From positions 1 to 36,287 of IMG/VR virus record IMGVR_UViG_3300022697_000102: a stretch of DNA of 36,287 nucleotides, one strand, 5' to 3'. The translations under genes and the position numbers were made by a program. This DNA is from a virus. Its lineage: Duplodnaviria > Caudoviricetes. The notes under the pieces are model-generated. The model saw only the letters and a list, made by a program, of their open reading frames with translations. It made no database searches and was not told the DNA's origin. Positions 20,919 to 29,245 of this stretch are shown here, piece after piece (position 1 is the first letter of the stretch; the number at the start of each line of letters is the position of its first letter).

Positions 20919-21048
20919 ACGATGAAGGCATAATTTATCTGTTTAGGTGGTTCATACTCGCTATCGCTGCTATAGGATTTCTTGGTGTGATTCTGAACAC
21001 TTGTGATGCAGAATCTAAAGTCGTTGGTCAGATTATAGAGGCTCGGTA

Positions 21049-21408
21049 ATGGCGGAGCATCGGGATATGAGCGAATATACCACTAAAAATACAATGTATT
21101 GGATGACGGGAATTATAATCGGTGCAGTCCTTGCGGCTGTTTCGGGCGGGTATTCAATGACGGCGGCGCACGTTGAGGGGGTTGTTCAAGAGCATAATAA
21201 GCACCCTCATGACAACGCGGTGGATGTTCGTGTTTTTTCAGCTCTAAACGGCGCACAAAATAAAGTAGTTCAGGGTTTATCAAAAAGAGTCATAAAAACA
21301 GAGGATGAGGTTGACCAGAACCATGAAATGATTAAAAACGTAGAGACAAGATTGACAGGGATTGAAACCGCGCTTGAATTTCTCGTGGATGAGGCGAAGA
21401 AAAAATGA
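21049..21408 (+). CDS. membrane-anchored coiled-coil protein (lysis-associated?)
   Basis: One N-terminal TM helix plus C-terminal heptad pattern. Confidence 0.55.
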   Translation: MAEHRDMSEYTTKNTMYWMTGIIIGAVLAAVSGGYSMTAAHVEGVVQEHNKHPHDNAVDVRVFSALNGAQNKVVQGLSKRVIKTEDEVDQNHEMIKNVETRLTGIETALEFLVDEAKKK

Positions 21409-21791
21409 AACATTTAGTCCTCCTGCTACTATTAATCTCCCCTCCCTTGGCCCACGCTCAAACCACGCTCCAAACAGCGACAGCAACGCTCACATGGGAC
21501 AGCAACACAGAGTCGGACATGGACAGCTACATTATGCTCATCGGTAGCACATCGGGGGTGTACGGAAGTACCCGCCCCGTGGTACATGTGCAAGGTGTGC
21601 CGAAGCAGACGGGGAAATTTACAGGACTTGACGAGGGTAAGGTGTACTATTTCGCAGTCAAGGCGTGTGACACCAGTGGGAATTGCTCAGACCTATCTCA
21701 AGAGGTTTCGGGTGGCGTTACAATCCCACCCAACAGCCCTTCTGGACTCAGCGTGACTTTTGAAATCAACATAGAGGTAACAATACCATGA
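21405..21791 (+). CDS. secreted fibronectin type III domain protein
   Basis: Signal peptide ending AHA; TLTWD...Y...FTGLDEGKVYYFAVKA.D.SGN.S..S.EV. Confidence 0.85.
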   Translation: MKHLVLLLLLISPPLAHAQTTLQTATATLTWDSNTESDMDSYIMLIGSTSGVYGSTRPVVHVQGVPKQTGKFTGLDEGKVYYFAVKACDTSGNCSDLSQEVSGGVTIPPNSPSGLSVTFEINIEVTIP

Positions 21792-22168
21792 GCGATTACC
21801 ACGTCAGAGAGTCAAGCCGGGATGGTCGATCAGTGAGGGTCATCTTTCACGTCCCTGTGCCAGTTGAGGTGAATCAATCCGGGAAGCCGTTGCGGGACTC
21901 AATCAGCGAAGGCGGTGAGGTTAGGGGCAATGATGGGTCTGTCCGAAAGGTGAGATCCGAGTTGAAGCGGCTAGATTCAGCCGAGAGAATCAACCTGGAA
22001 AATGGCGTGATTGTAGAGGTTGTTGAAAGCATCCACTTCAAGGCAAACGCTACGAAAATACAAAAAACGAATAAAATAGATGCAAAGTTTAATAAATTGA
22101 AAAATTCCGCACTTAAAAGAACACGTACTAAATTTGAACTTTTTGGCCTCAACCGTAATGTCGTTTAG
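21788..22168 (+). CDS. hypothetical protein
   Basis: ORF with RBS, coupled start. Confidence 0.6.
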   Translation: MSDYHVRESSRDGRSVRVIFHVPVPVEVNQSGKPLRDSISEGGEVRGNDGSVRKVRSELKRLDSAERINLENGVIVEVVESIHFKANATKIQKTNKIDAKFNKLKNSALKRTRTKFELFGLNRNVV

Positions 22169-22177
22169 GAGTATATA

Positions 22178-22669
22178 ATGCCCGCTAAAATATACCAAAA
22201 CACTGAAACAGCAGTCACCTGGAGGGGGTCAGGGGGTTCAGAGCTTATAACGCTTGCGAGTCTTGGAGCCGGAGTCGGTCGCCAGGGGGCATTGCATGAT
22301 TTTGGCGCAGGTGCGAGAGCAAGAGAGGGTATGTGGAGAGCTTTCATCCGGTGGAACACGGCTCCATCATTAGGGGAGATTGTCAGAATTTACTGGAAGA
22401 CATCGGACGGAATGAACCCCGACAATGATGACGGAACTGGGGACATCTCAGTGAGCAATGAAAACAAGCTGAAGAACCTCCAGTTGATTGGGGTGATAAT
22501 CGCAGATGAGGCACTTGCTAATATACCTTCAGTAGCCCACGGGATAATAGATATGCCACATCGGCACGGCGGTCCGGTCTTCTGGAATGCTTCAGCGACG
22601 GATATTCTGCATTCTACAGCGGCTAATCATGGTTTTGACATAACCCCAATCCCTTGGGAGTCCCAATAA
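22178..22669 (+). CDS. putative virion structural protein
   Basis: AGGAG RBS; beta-rich 163 aa upstream of LamG protein. Confidence 0.55.
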   Translation: MPAKIYQNTETAVTWRGSGGSELITLASLGAGVGRQGALHDFGAGARAREGMWRAFIRWNTAPSLGEIVRIYWKTSDGMNPDNDDGTGDISVSNENKLKNLQLIGVIIADEALANIPSVAHGIIDMPHRHGGPVFWNASATDILHSTAANHGFDITPIPWESQ

Positions 22670-22670
22670 A

Positions 22671-23501
22671 TTGTCGGCCTTTATTAAACAAGCCAGCTCA
22701 CCATCATATGTCAACGGATTTGCGCGTTCTCCTGGCCAGTCTGCAAACCCAGGGCTATGGCGGGAGATGGTGGAGGCGATATACCCGGCAATGGGAAACA
22801 CTGGCCTATTTATTGAAGACTTGGGGACAGAACCAGAAGATGTAAATTTTGCAGGTGGTCTGGGGCATGACGATTGGCGCGTTGGGGATAACGCAAGTTT
22901 AAATGGCTATGCGTTGGACTTTTCAAATGGTGGAGAGCGGCTTGACTTGGGAGATTCAAAGAAATTTGATGGCGCGAGAGCTGTCTCATACGCAGGCTGG
23001 TTTTACTTTAAAGGGGCCGGAGGAACGCAATCGATTGTCCGAGAGGATGGGACCGTTACATTCTTCCAGCTTGCGGCCGGGGCCGTGCAGTTTGCGTTAT
23101 GGGCTCCGGTTCTAACGAGTCATCGTTTTTTCATCTCATTAAATATCGGCGAGTGGACACATTTTGCAGCTAGATGGGCGAATAACGTCAATTCGGGCAC
23201 CCCTGAGTTTTTTATGAACGGCAAGAATATGGGGAATTTTACAAAATCCAGCACAGGAACGATTGCTAGTACCACAAAAGCATCTGTATATGGTGCAACG
23301 GAAACAGGCGGAGAGCGATTCAACGGTCTGATGCAATCGTGCCTAAAGTACCGGAGGTTTCTATCAGATCCGGAGATCAAACAACTTTACTTGGATGCGA
23401 TGGCACCTTTTAGGCTTCGTAGGTCGATGATCCCGTTTGCGATAGCAGCGGGTGTGCCAATAGGCATCCCATCATTAGTAATGGCACCAATGCAAGTATA
23501 G
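22671..23501 (+). CDS. LamG/concanavalin A-like domain protein
   Basis: GYALDFS, SYAGWF, GEWTHFA, FFMNG, FNGLM....Y.R.LS..EI.QLY. Confidence 0.85.
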   Translation: MSAFIKQASSPSYVNGFARSPGQSANPGLWREMVEAIYPAMGNTGLFIEDLGTEPEDVNFAGGLGHDDWRVGDNASLNGYALDFSNGGERLDLGDSKKFDGARAVSYAGWFYFKGAGGTQSIVREDGTVTFFQLAAGAVQFALWAPVLTSHRFFISLNIGEWTHFAARWANNVNSGTPEFFMNGKNMGNFTKSSTGTIASTTKASVYGATETGGERFNGLMQSCLKYRRFLSDPEIKQLYLDAMAPFRLRRSMIPFAIAAGVPIGIPSLVMAPMQV

Positions 23502-23507
23502 GAGGAT

Positions 23508-23942
23508 TTGATGGCTTTATATAGTTCAGGACTTTTGACAGGCGCAGGATCTACCACACTGCCTGTAATTAGCCTGTATGCAGCGTCAGGCGTTGCGCCA
23601 AAAATAAAAGAGATTGGTGTTTTCAATACAACCGCAATAGCAGTGGCCTTAAAATTGGTTCGCCTTACAACGACGGGGACTCAAGGATCGGGGCAGGTTG
23701 AGGCAAAGCATGACCCTGACTCTGTTTCTTCTTCAGGCACAGCCTTCGCCACTCACACGGTGGGACCAACGCTAGGCGATGATTTGGGTTATCGTAATCA
23801 GCTAGGCGCTGCTGTTGGGTCTGGGATCATATGGACATTTGAGGGTCTTAGGATTCCGATTGGTGTTGCAAACGGTATCGGCGTGATCGTTGAGAACGGC
23901 ACGGGACAAGCCCTGCAAGCCTATATAAAGTGGGAGGAATAA
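23508..23942 (+). CDS. putative virion structural protein
   Basis: AGGAGG RBS; Gly/Thr-rich beta protein ending WEE. Confidence 0.6.
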   Translation: MMALYSSGLLTGAGSTTLPVISLYAASGVAPKIKEIGVFNTTAIAVALKLVRLTTTGTQGSGQVEAKHDPDSVSSSGTAFATHTVGPTLGDDLGYRNQLGAAVGSGIIWTFEGLRIPIGVANGIGVIVENGTGQALQAYIKWEE

Positions 23943-24148
23943 TGGTCGTTTTCGGCTTCTGTCTCCACACGTTTAAAAACAATATGAAGCAACGAATCAA
24001 GGGCTTATTTTCAATGTCTTCACGGGGCCGGGTTTTATCTAAATCAATGCCGAGAGGGGCAATAAGACCCAGCCGTGTTTATCGGGCCGCTGAGAATAAG
24101 TGGTATTCAGTTGATGAAATTTATAAATTGCAAAAGGAGGGGAAATAA
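23942..24148 (+). CDS. small basic hypothetical protein
   Basis: GGAGG RBS, TAATG coupling on both sides. Confidence 0.5.
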   Translation: MVVFGFCLHTFKNNMKQRIKGLFSMSSRGRVLSKSMPRGAIRPSRVYRAAENKWYSVDEIYKLQKEGK

Positions 24149-24507
24149 TGGCTACAGTCTTAACCGATATTGGAGAAGCATATGTTGTAGATCGCATCAC
24201 AGGAGCGTCATCAGTCAAAGCGGATGATGTGGGCTGGGGAACAGGAGCAGGCACAGCCGCAAAAGCCGATACTGTCCTTTTTACGGAGGCGGCGGAATCC
24301 AGGGTCGCAGCAGTAGAAACACAGCCATTAGCAGATAAGGTGCAATGGGTTGCCACAATAACTGCGGCTGCGGGTAAGACGATTACGAACGCTGGCAATT
24401 TTGATGCCCCTACAGGTGGCAACCTGGTAATACACGGAGATTTCACGGGAATTGTCTTAGCAACTGGGGATAAAATCGAGTTTACAATCTCTCTCGAAAT
24501 TACTTAA
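24148..24507 (+). CDS. fibre/collar attachment-like structural protein
   Basis: LTDIGEA, GWGTG...A..ADT.L.TE, ITNAG.FDA.TGGN resemble fibre N-terminal adaptor domains. Confidence 0.6.
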   Translation: MATVLTDIGEAYVVDRITGASSVKADDVGWGTGAGTAAKADTVLFTEAAESRVAAVETQPLADKVQWVATITAAAGKTITNAGNFDAPTGGNLVIHGDFTGIVLATGDKIEFTISLEIT

Positions 24508-24519
24508 GAAGGCATTTAA

Positions 24520-25929
24520 TTGAGCAATCTTGTCCGGTATAAAGTTCCGATCATACGCCCTGGGCCTGATAACAGGTCTAGGGTTATTTTTGATCTACTT
24601 GCACCGTCCGGCCCGACTACTTTTTTTCAATCAATGTCCGTGGCAGCGTCATCGCCTGGTGTCATATCAGCAGGGGCCTCGTTTTTTAGGTCTATTTTAG
24701 TCGCTTCATCGACTATTCCGATCCTTGTCATGGCTGGTTCTTTTTTTAAGGCTATGGCTATAGCATCTTCCACAGTTCCAGTATTGCAGAGGGTGGGAAC
24801 ATACTCCAGATCCATGATATCAGTATCAACATCAACGCCTATTTTATCCAGGGTCACGTCTTTTTTTAGGTCAATGCCCATTATTTCCACGACTACGCCA
24901 ATAATCTCAAAAGTCAGAACCGTAATCCAGTCCATTATTGCTTCGTCTTCTACAATCTCCGTAGTGGTAATTGTATCGACTTTTTTCAGGTCTTTTCAGA
25001 TTTCATCTGCTACGAACCCAGTTATTTTGACGGCTAAATTGCGGCTTTTAGCAATGGCAGTTATTTCAACCGGGGCATTAACATTTTCAAACATTCTAAC
25101 CGCTGTTAAATCTCTTACAGTAGTATCAAATACAACCCAGATAATCGGCAAGGCAGCAACATTCTTTCGGGCCATCCCCATTGTTGCAAATGGGAGTGCT
25201 GTTCTGTCTAAAGGTATGTTTATTGTTATGGCTGTTGCTTCCGCTACAATCCCCACGCTTGAGAAGGGTTTTCTTTTTATTAAATCATTGGCCGCTGTGT
25301 CTTCTACTGTTCCAATCTTAGATAAAATACAACTTAAACTCGCGTCATTAGTCATTGCATCTACCACAATACCATCTCTTTCAAGTATCAAAACAGCCAT
25401 TATTTCTTTTTTGGTAGCATCAAGCGCATTGCCAGGGCTTTCAAGGGCAGCATCGTATTTCAAGTCGCTCAATATTGTCTCAACATCAATCTCTATTATC
25501 TCCAGGGTTGCGACATTCTTCCGATCAATCGGGAGCATTTCCTCAACAATCCCCAATATGGCAGTGGCACAGCTTAAACTCGTCTCTATGTCTGTAATAT
25601 CCTCTACGATGTCAGGTCTTTCACGGGGGCTTGTCGTGGTAAAATCATTGATTGGAGTCGCAGTGACGCTACCCGTGATTGTAAGGGCGGTGACGTTTTT
25701 CAGGTCATTTATTGTGATTTCTTCGGCAACACCGATATTATCCAGAGTAGCGTTGTTTTTCAGGACAATGTCCGCAACAACGATAATCGGGACAATACTC
25801 GCATCTGTGTTTATCATCGGGGCTACTGTCAATAAAATATTATTCGATATCAGGGATGCTATTTTCAACAAAACAAACACAAGAGACGCTACTTTTAATA
25901 AAAACGATAAAAGGGATGGTGATTTCTAA
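24520..25929 (+). CDS. 20-aa tandem-repeat protein, putative fibre
   Basis: About 20 copies of [TS]FFRSxxIxSSTxPILSRVx. Confidence 0.7.
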   Translation: MSNLVRYKVPIIRPGPDNRSRVIFDLLAPSGPTTFFQSMSVAASSPGVISAGASFFRSILVASSTIPILVMAGSFFKAMAIASSTVPVLQRVGTYSRSMISVSTSTPILSRVTSFFRSMPIISTTTPIISKVRTVIQSIIASSSTISVVVIVSTFFRSFQISSATNPVILTAKLRLLAMAVISTGALTFSNILTAVKSLTVVSNTTQIIGKAATFFRAIPIVANGSAVLSKGMFIVMAVASATIPTLEKGFLFIKSLAAVSSTVPILDKIQLKLASLVIASTTIPSLSSIKTAIISFLVASSALPGLSRAASYFKSLNIVSTSISIISRVATFFRSIGSISSTIPNMAVAQLKLVSMSVISSTMSGLSRGLVVVKSLIGVAVTLPVIVRAVTFFRSFIVISSATPILSRVALFFRTMSATTIIGTILASVFIIGATVNKILFDIRDAIFNKTNTRDATFNKNDKRDGDF

Positions 25930-26243
25930 TGAGTTGCCCAGACTACGTGGAAAATGACACAGGCACCGTACACGGGCCGGTCAGGATGGTTGATAAGGCT
26001 GGAGCCGTTATTGATGCCACTGGAGGCACGGCACGGCTTAAATACAAGATCAACGGCCTCGCCCTACAAACAAAAACGATGACGATCAACTCGCCTTCTA
26101 CAGACGGAAAAGTACAATATCAATTCCTTGCTGGAGAGCTTATCAAGGGGGTGATGATCGGAGAAGTCGAGTTTACTGATTCATCTGGTGCCATCATCAC
26201 AGAGCTTTGTCAGTTCCGAAGAGTTATTCGAGCAAAAACTTAG
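25929..26243 (+). CDS. BppU-like Ig-fold structural protein
   Basis: NDT...D..G.VID.TG.T, DGKVQYQF, GEVEFT..SG.I.T. Confidence 0.7.
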   Translation: MSCPDYVENDTGTVHGPVRMVDKAGAVIDATGGTARLKYKINGLALQTKTMTINSPSTDGKVQYQFLAGELIKGVMIGEVEFTDSSGAIITELCQFRRVIRAKT

Positions 26244-26263
26244 TTTCAATATTTTGATGCAAT

Positions 26264-26289
26264 GCCTCCTTTTTAAGGGGGTTTTTATT
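26264..26289 (+). terminator. intrinsic terminator ending the late operon
   Basis: GCCTCCTT-TTT-AAGGGGGT followed by TTTTATT. Confidence 0.7.
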
Positions 26290-26293
26290 ACCC

Positions 26294-26342
26294 TTGACAT
26301 TTCCGGTAACGTCGCTATAATGAATATAGAAATCGAGTCAAT
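26294..26342 (+). promoter_or_regulatory. sigma70-type promoter with operator-like spacer (copy 1)
   Basis: TTGACA-16 bp-TATAAT; shares TTGACATTTCCGGTAA and ATCGAGTCAAT with 29179-29226. Confidence 0.8.
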
Positions 26343-26358
26343 CAAGAGGAAAAAGTAA

Positions 26359-26520
26359 ATGGCATTATCGAATAAAGAGAATCAGGCAGCATTCAAGAAG
26401 AGAAAAAAGGATGTCGGTTTGGAGCGTGTTGAATATTGGGCAACCCCATTTCAGCACCTTAAACTTAGAGAATTATGGGATAGGCTTAAAAAGCAAAGGG
26501 AATATGAAAAACCACGATAG
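26359..26520 (+). CDS. small putative ribbon-helix-helix-like regulator (53 aa, not in track)
   Basis: MALSNKENQAAFKKRKKDVGLERVEYWATPFQHLKLRELWDRLKKQREYEKPR; GAGG RBS; aligns with 35776..35949. Confidence 0.75.
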   Translation: MALSNKENQAAFKKRKKDVGLERVEYWATPFQHLKLRELWDRLKKQREYEKPR

Positions 26521-26728
26521 ATATCCTGAAAGGCCGTGCAAGCACACCCTAAAGACTGCGCCAACGATTAATGAGCGGCGGGATGAATGGTCGCAGAGGT
26601 GTATAGATTGCATGGAAAAACTTCCCTTCAAGTGGGAGCCTATTACGGAGGGCGCATGGTATTGGGGTAGCATGTTATGGATAGTCGGGTTGATCATGTT
26701 TGGGTTTCTTGTTTTAATTGGGGGCTGA
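26504..26728 (+). CDS. hypothetical protein with Cys motif and C-terminal TM helix
   Basis: Internal ATG (MKNHDR) of track ORF 26411..26728. Confidence 0.5.
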   Translation: MKNHDRYPERPCKHTLKTAPTINERRDEWSQRCIDCMEKLPFKWEPITEGAWYWGSMLWIVGLIMFGFLVLIGG

Positions 26729-26987
26729 GATGAACTGCCTTAAATGCCACGGGGTTATGATTTTGGTGTATGTTGATGCTGATGGGATTGACGATATCAG
26801 GATTTCAATTATTGAGGCGTTAAAATGTCAGTCGTGTTCATCGTATTATTGGCTGTCTATACCTTCCGAAATAAAACAAAAGAGACCATACAAAAAATGC
26901 CTTAAAAAGATAACGCGCAACAGGAAAAAGACTTTTCTCGGAGCATTAAATGACATCTACAAAATTGAAAGGGTGGGGGCTAAGTGA
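26718..26987 (+). CDS. zinc-ribbon hypothetical protein
   Basis: MNCLKCHG.M...KCQSC. Confidence 0.6.
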   Translation: MGAEMNCLKCHGVMILVYVDADGIDDIRISIIEALKCQSCSSYYWLSIPSEIKQKRPYKKCLKKITRNRKKTFLGALNDIYKIERVGAK

Positions 26988-27361
26988 AATATTTATTTCT
27001 TATAATTATACTAACATCATGTGGTGTCGTGCCGCCACGCTCAGTAGGCGAGAATGCCCCTGCTGGAATACATGTGGATATGACAGTTTATAGGCTATTT
27101 AAATCTCGATTTAATCAGGTCCAGGCTTGTACAGGCATCCATGCAGGCACTTTTGAGTCGCTTGCTATTGTAATAATGCCTAACGCGTTTTCTTGCCTTA
27201 GTGATACAGCAATGTGTTCAGGGGAGTTCACGCCGCCGAATATAATAAAAATAGGGAATCAGGTGTCGTGGAAGCATGAAGTAGTCCATGCTCTGTTATA
27301 TGCAAAACATGGAGATGCGGATGGGGCGCATGTTTCCGAGTTTTTTCAGAGGTGCATATGA
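26984..27361 (+). CDS. lipoprotein with HExxH metallopeptidase motif
   Basis: Lipobox LTSC; WKHEVVHALL. Confidence 0.7.
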   Translation: MKYLFLIIILTSCGVVPPRSVGENAPAGIHVDMTVYRLFKSRFNQVQACTGIHAGTFESLAIVIMPNAFSCLSDTAMCSGEFTPPNIIKIGNQVSWKHEVVHALLYAKHGDADGAHVSEFFQRCI

Positions 27362-27579
27362 AGGATGAAGTTTTGACAGAAGAACATAGGGAATTACTTG
27401 CATTCGCCAATGGTGGGGCGAAGCATTGCACAACATTAAGCGGGTCTGATTACAGATACACCAAGCCAAGTTCAGAACGGGCCAAAAAGAAGTATTCCCG
27501 AAAAGTCAAAATGTGGGGATATGGACGGAAATATAAAGAGACCATAAGGGGAGGAACAAATGGAGATAAAAGAGTTTGA
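27352..27579 (+). CDS. hypothetical protein
   Basis: ORF track, coupled to neighbours. Confidence 0.5.
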   Translation: MHMKDEVLTEEHRELLAFANGGAKHCTTLSGSDYRYTKPSSERAKKKYSRKVKMWGYGRKYKETIRGGTNGDKRV

Positions 27580-27715
27580 CGAAATTGATACAGAACAGCG
27601 AAACACAGCCCTGTATATGGCAATCAACGGGAGCGTGATAGATGTTGCAAGATTTTTTTATCCATCTTTTACAGATAGGGGATCAGATGAAGCTATTGAA
27701 GAAATCAATATGTAA
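27560..27715 (+). CDS. small hypothetical protein (51 aa, not in track)
   Basis: GGAGG RBS; MEIKEFDEIDTEQRNTALYMAING... Confidence 0.55.
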   Translation: MEIKEFDEIDTEQRNTALYMAINGSVIDVARFFYPSFTDRGSDEAIEEINM

Positions 27716-27892
27716 ACTCTTGCACAAAAGTAAGGTGATCAAGGTTAAAATAGGAATGTTCACCGCTTTTCTTCCTCATTGCAGAAAGTGCGATCAATAA
27801 ACTGGGATAATTATCTCGGCATCAGCCCCCGCCTACCCTCCCAGTGGCAGGTTGACCACCTAAAAGGGGCTGATGTTTAAAAGGAGGCCTAA

Positions 27893-28048
27893 ATGACAAT
27901 AAAAGAAGCCCTTGATAATTACGGATTTATTGACAAAATGGCAGTCGGCGCGAAAGAAATAGTCAACTGGGAATTATTCCAGGAATATGAGATAGAAAAA
28001 GTTGGCGTTGAATCTGGAAATAGTTTGATCCACATAAAAAGGATTTAA
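27893..28048 (+). CDS. small hypothetical protein (51 aa, not in track)
   Basis: AAGGAGG RBS; MTIKEALDNYGFIDKMAVG... Confidence 0.6.
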   Translation: MTIKEALDNYGFIDKMAVGAKEIVNWELFQEYEIEKVGVESGNSLIHIKRI

Positions 28049-28049
28049 G

Positions 28050-28229
28050 ATGTCTGACTGTATCTGGCAGATCGTTATTTACCGAGACAATAAACCCAGG
28101 GATGGCCGTCACGGCACAGAATCAGACATGAGGCGTTCTTACCACACCTGGAAAGAAATGCTTGTTACGGGGGAATCTATCGCGATTAGAAATGATCGAG
28201 TCGAAATTGAGAGGTTTGATTGTGAATGA
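28050..28229 (+). CDS. small hypothetical protein (59 aa, not in track)
   Basis: MSDCIWQIVIYRDNKPR...; starts 1 nt after previous stop. Confidence 0.45.
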   Translation: MSDCIWQIVIYRDNKPRDGRHGTESDMRRSYHTWKEMLVTGESIAIRNDRVEIERFDCE

Positions 28230-28377
28230 ATATCCTGAATGGGTTGATACTGTTACCCTGCAAAGAAAAGAACGAGAAACCGCTGGTATATTCCCCTGTC
28301 TGGAATGCGGTGAAGACCTTTTCGATAGAACCAGGGCCGGATATTGCGAGCCGTGTGCTAATCAGATAAATAATTAG
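28222..28377 (+). CDS. small zinc-finger protein
   Basis: CLECG...YCEPC; GTG start inside track ORF 28162..28377. Confidence 0.5.
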   Translation: MNEYPEWVDTVTLQRKERETAGIFPCLECGEDLFDRTRAGYCEPCANQINN

Positions 28378-28416
28378 TTTACTTTTTGGACTTTTTTTGG
28401 TATATTATATTTAATA

Positions 28417-28508
28417 GATTGCTGTAGACAATCAAGCGACATGCGGCCACAAAGGCATGAGAAACCCCTTGATATTGATGTCTACAGCATCATTGATAGG
28501 GGTTTTTT
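28417..28508 (+). ncRNA. candidate cis-regulatory RNA: two hairpins with complementary loops, the second terminator-like
   Basis: GATTG-CTGTAGA-CAATC and TGATG-TCTACAG-CATCA inside AAACCCCT/AGGGGTTT followed by a T run. Confidence 0.55.
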
Positions 28509-28947
28509 GTTTATGTGGTCTTTTTTCGCAAAGCTCAAATCCATAACCCAGAATGAACTTTCGAGTTGCTATTTACTAACCTCAACCAACAAAGATGACC
28601 CCTTATGGGTTCTGGGTTTCCTGATAAGCTCCCCAGTAAGAGGACATTCAGGCTCTACATTGATCACCGAAATAACCCAAAGCATCGCTTTGGTAATTGT
28701 TTTGCTGGTCATGCCTGGATTAACCGAGAAAAGCACGCGGCAGGTCTTGTCTATTCCCTCGTCGCAACATGTGGAGAGAGAGATTTCAGGCATTTATGCT
28801 TGATTAGCCTTTCTGACAAACGGATTGATTCACTAGGTCTAAAGTGTTCAGTTCGAGCAATTTCCACTCAATAGACCTTTTAAGTTCTTTTTAAGCATGG
28901 GGCGTGGCACTGACCACGTTATCAAAGAATAGAGGGGGTGACTTTAA

Positions 28948-29172
28948 ATGAAAGAATCAAAGAAGAAAAAAGGCCCTGAAACCTACACAAATGAACAAGC
29001 GTTTGAGATTGTAATTCCCGCGCTTGACCTTCTCCAGGCACGGCTTGAAAATGGATGCAAAATAGTCCAGCAGAGCGGCGGGTGGTGTTTGAGGGATAGT
29101 GACGACGTTTGTGTGTGTTTTGGGCAAACGATCAGTAAAATGCTCATAAGTCTAATATTTACAGAATGTTAA
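28948..29172 (+). CDS. hypothetical protein
   Basis: GAGGGGG RBS; ORF track. Confidence 0.6.
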   Translation: MKESKKKKGPETYTNEQAFEIVIPALDLLQARLENGCKIVQQSGGWCLRDSDDVCVCFGQTISKMLISLIFTEC

Positions 29173-29178
29173 AATGTT

Positions 29179-29226
29179 TTGACATTTCCGGTAATTAATA
29201 TATGATGAATTGTAGATCGAGTCAAT
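29179..29226 (+). promoter_or_regulatory. sigma70-type promoter with operator-like spacer (copy 2)
   Basis: TTGACA-16 bp-TATGAT; same conserved blocks as 26294-26342. Confidence 0.8.
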
Positions 29227-29245
29227 TAGAACTGGAGGGGGTGGA

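Noticed and set aside
24627-25880. Long minus-strand ORFs (102 and 294 aa)
   Set aside because: Antisense shadows of the repeat protein caused by its codon composition
26411-26503. Track start of ORF 26411..26728
   Set aside because: Overlaps the better-supported 26359..26520 gene; ATG 26504 preferred
28441-28874. ORFs 28441..28803, 28569..28793 and 28605..28874
   Set aside because: No RBS, mutually overlapping, and one crosses a terminator-like hairpin
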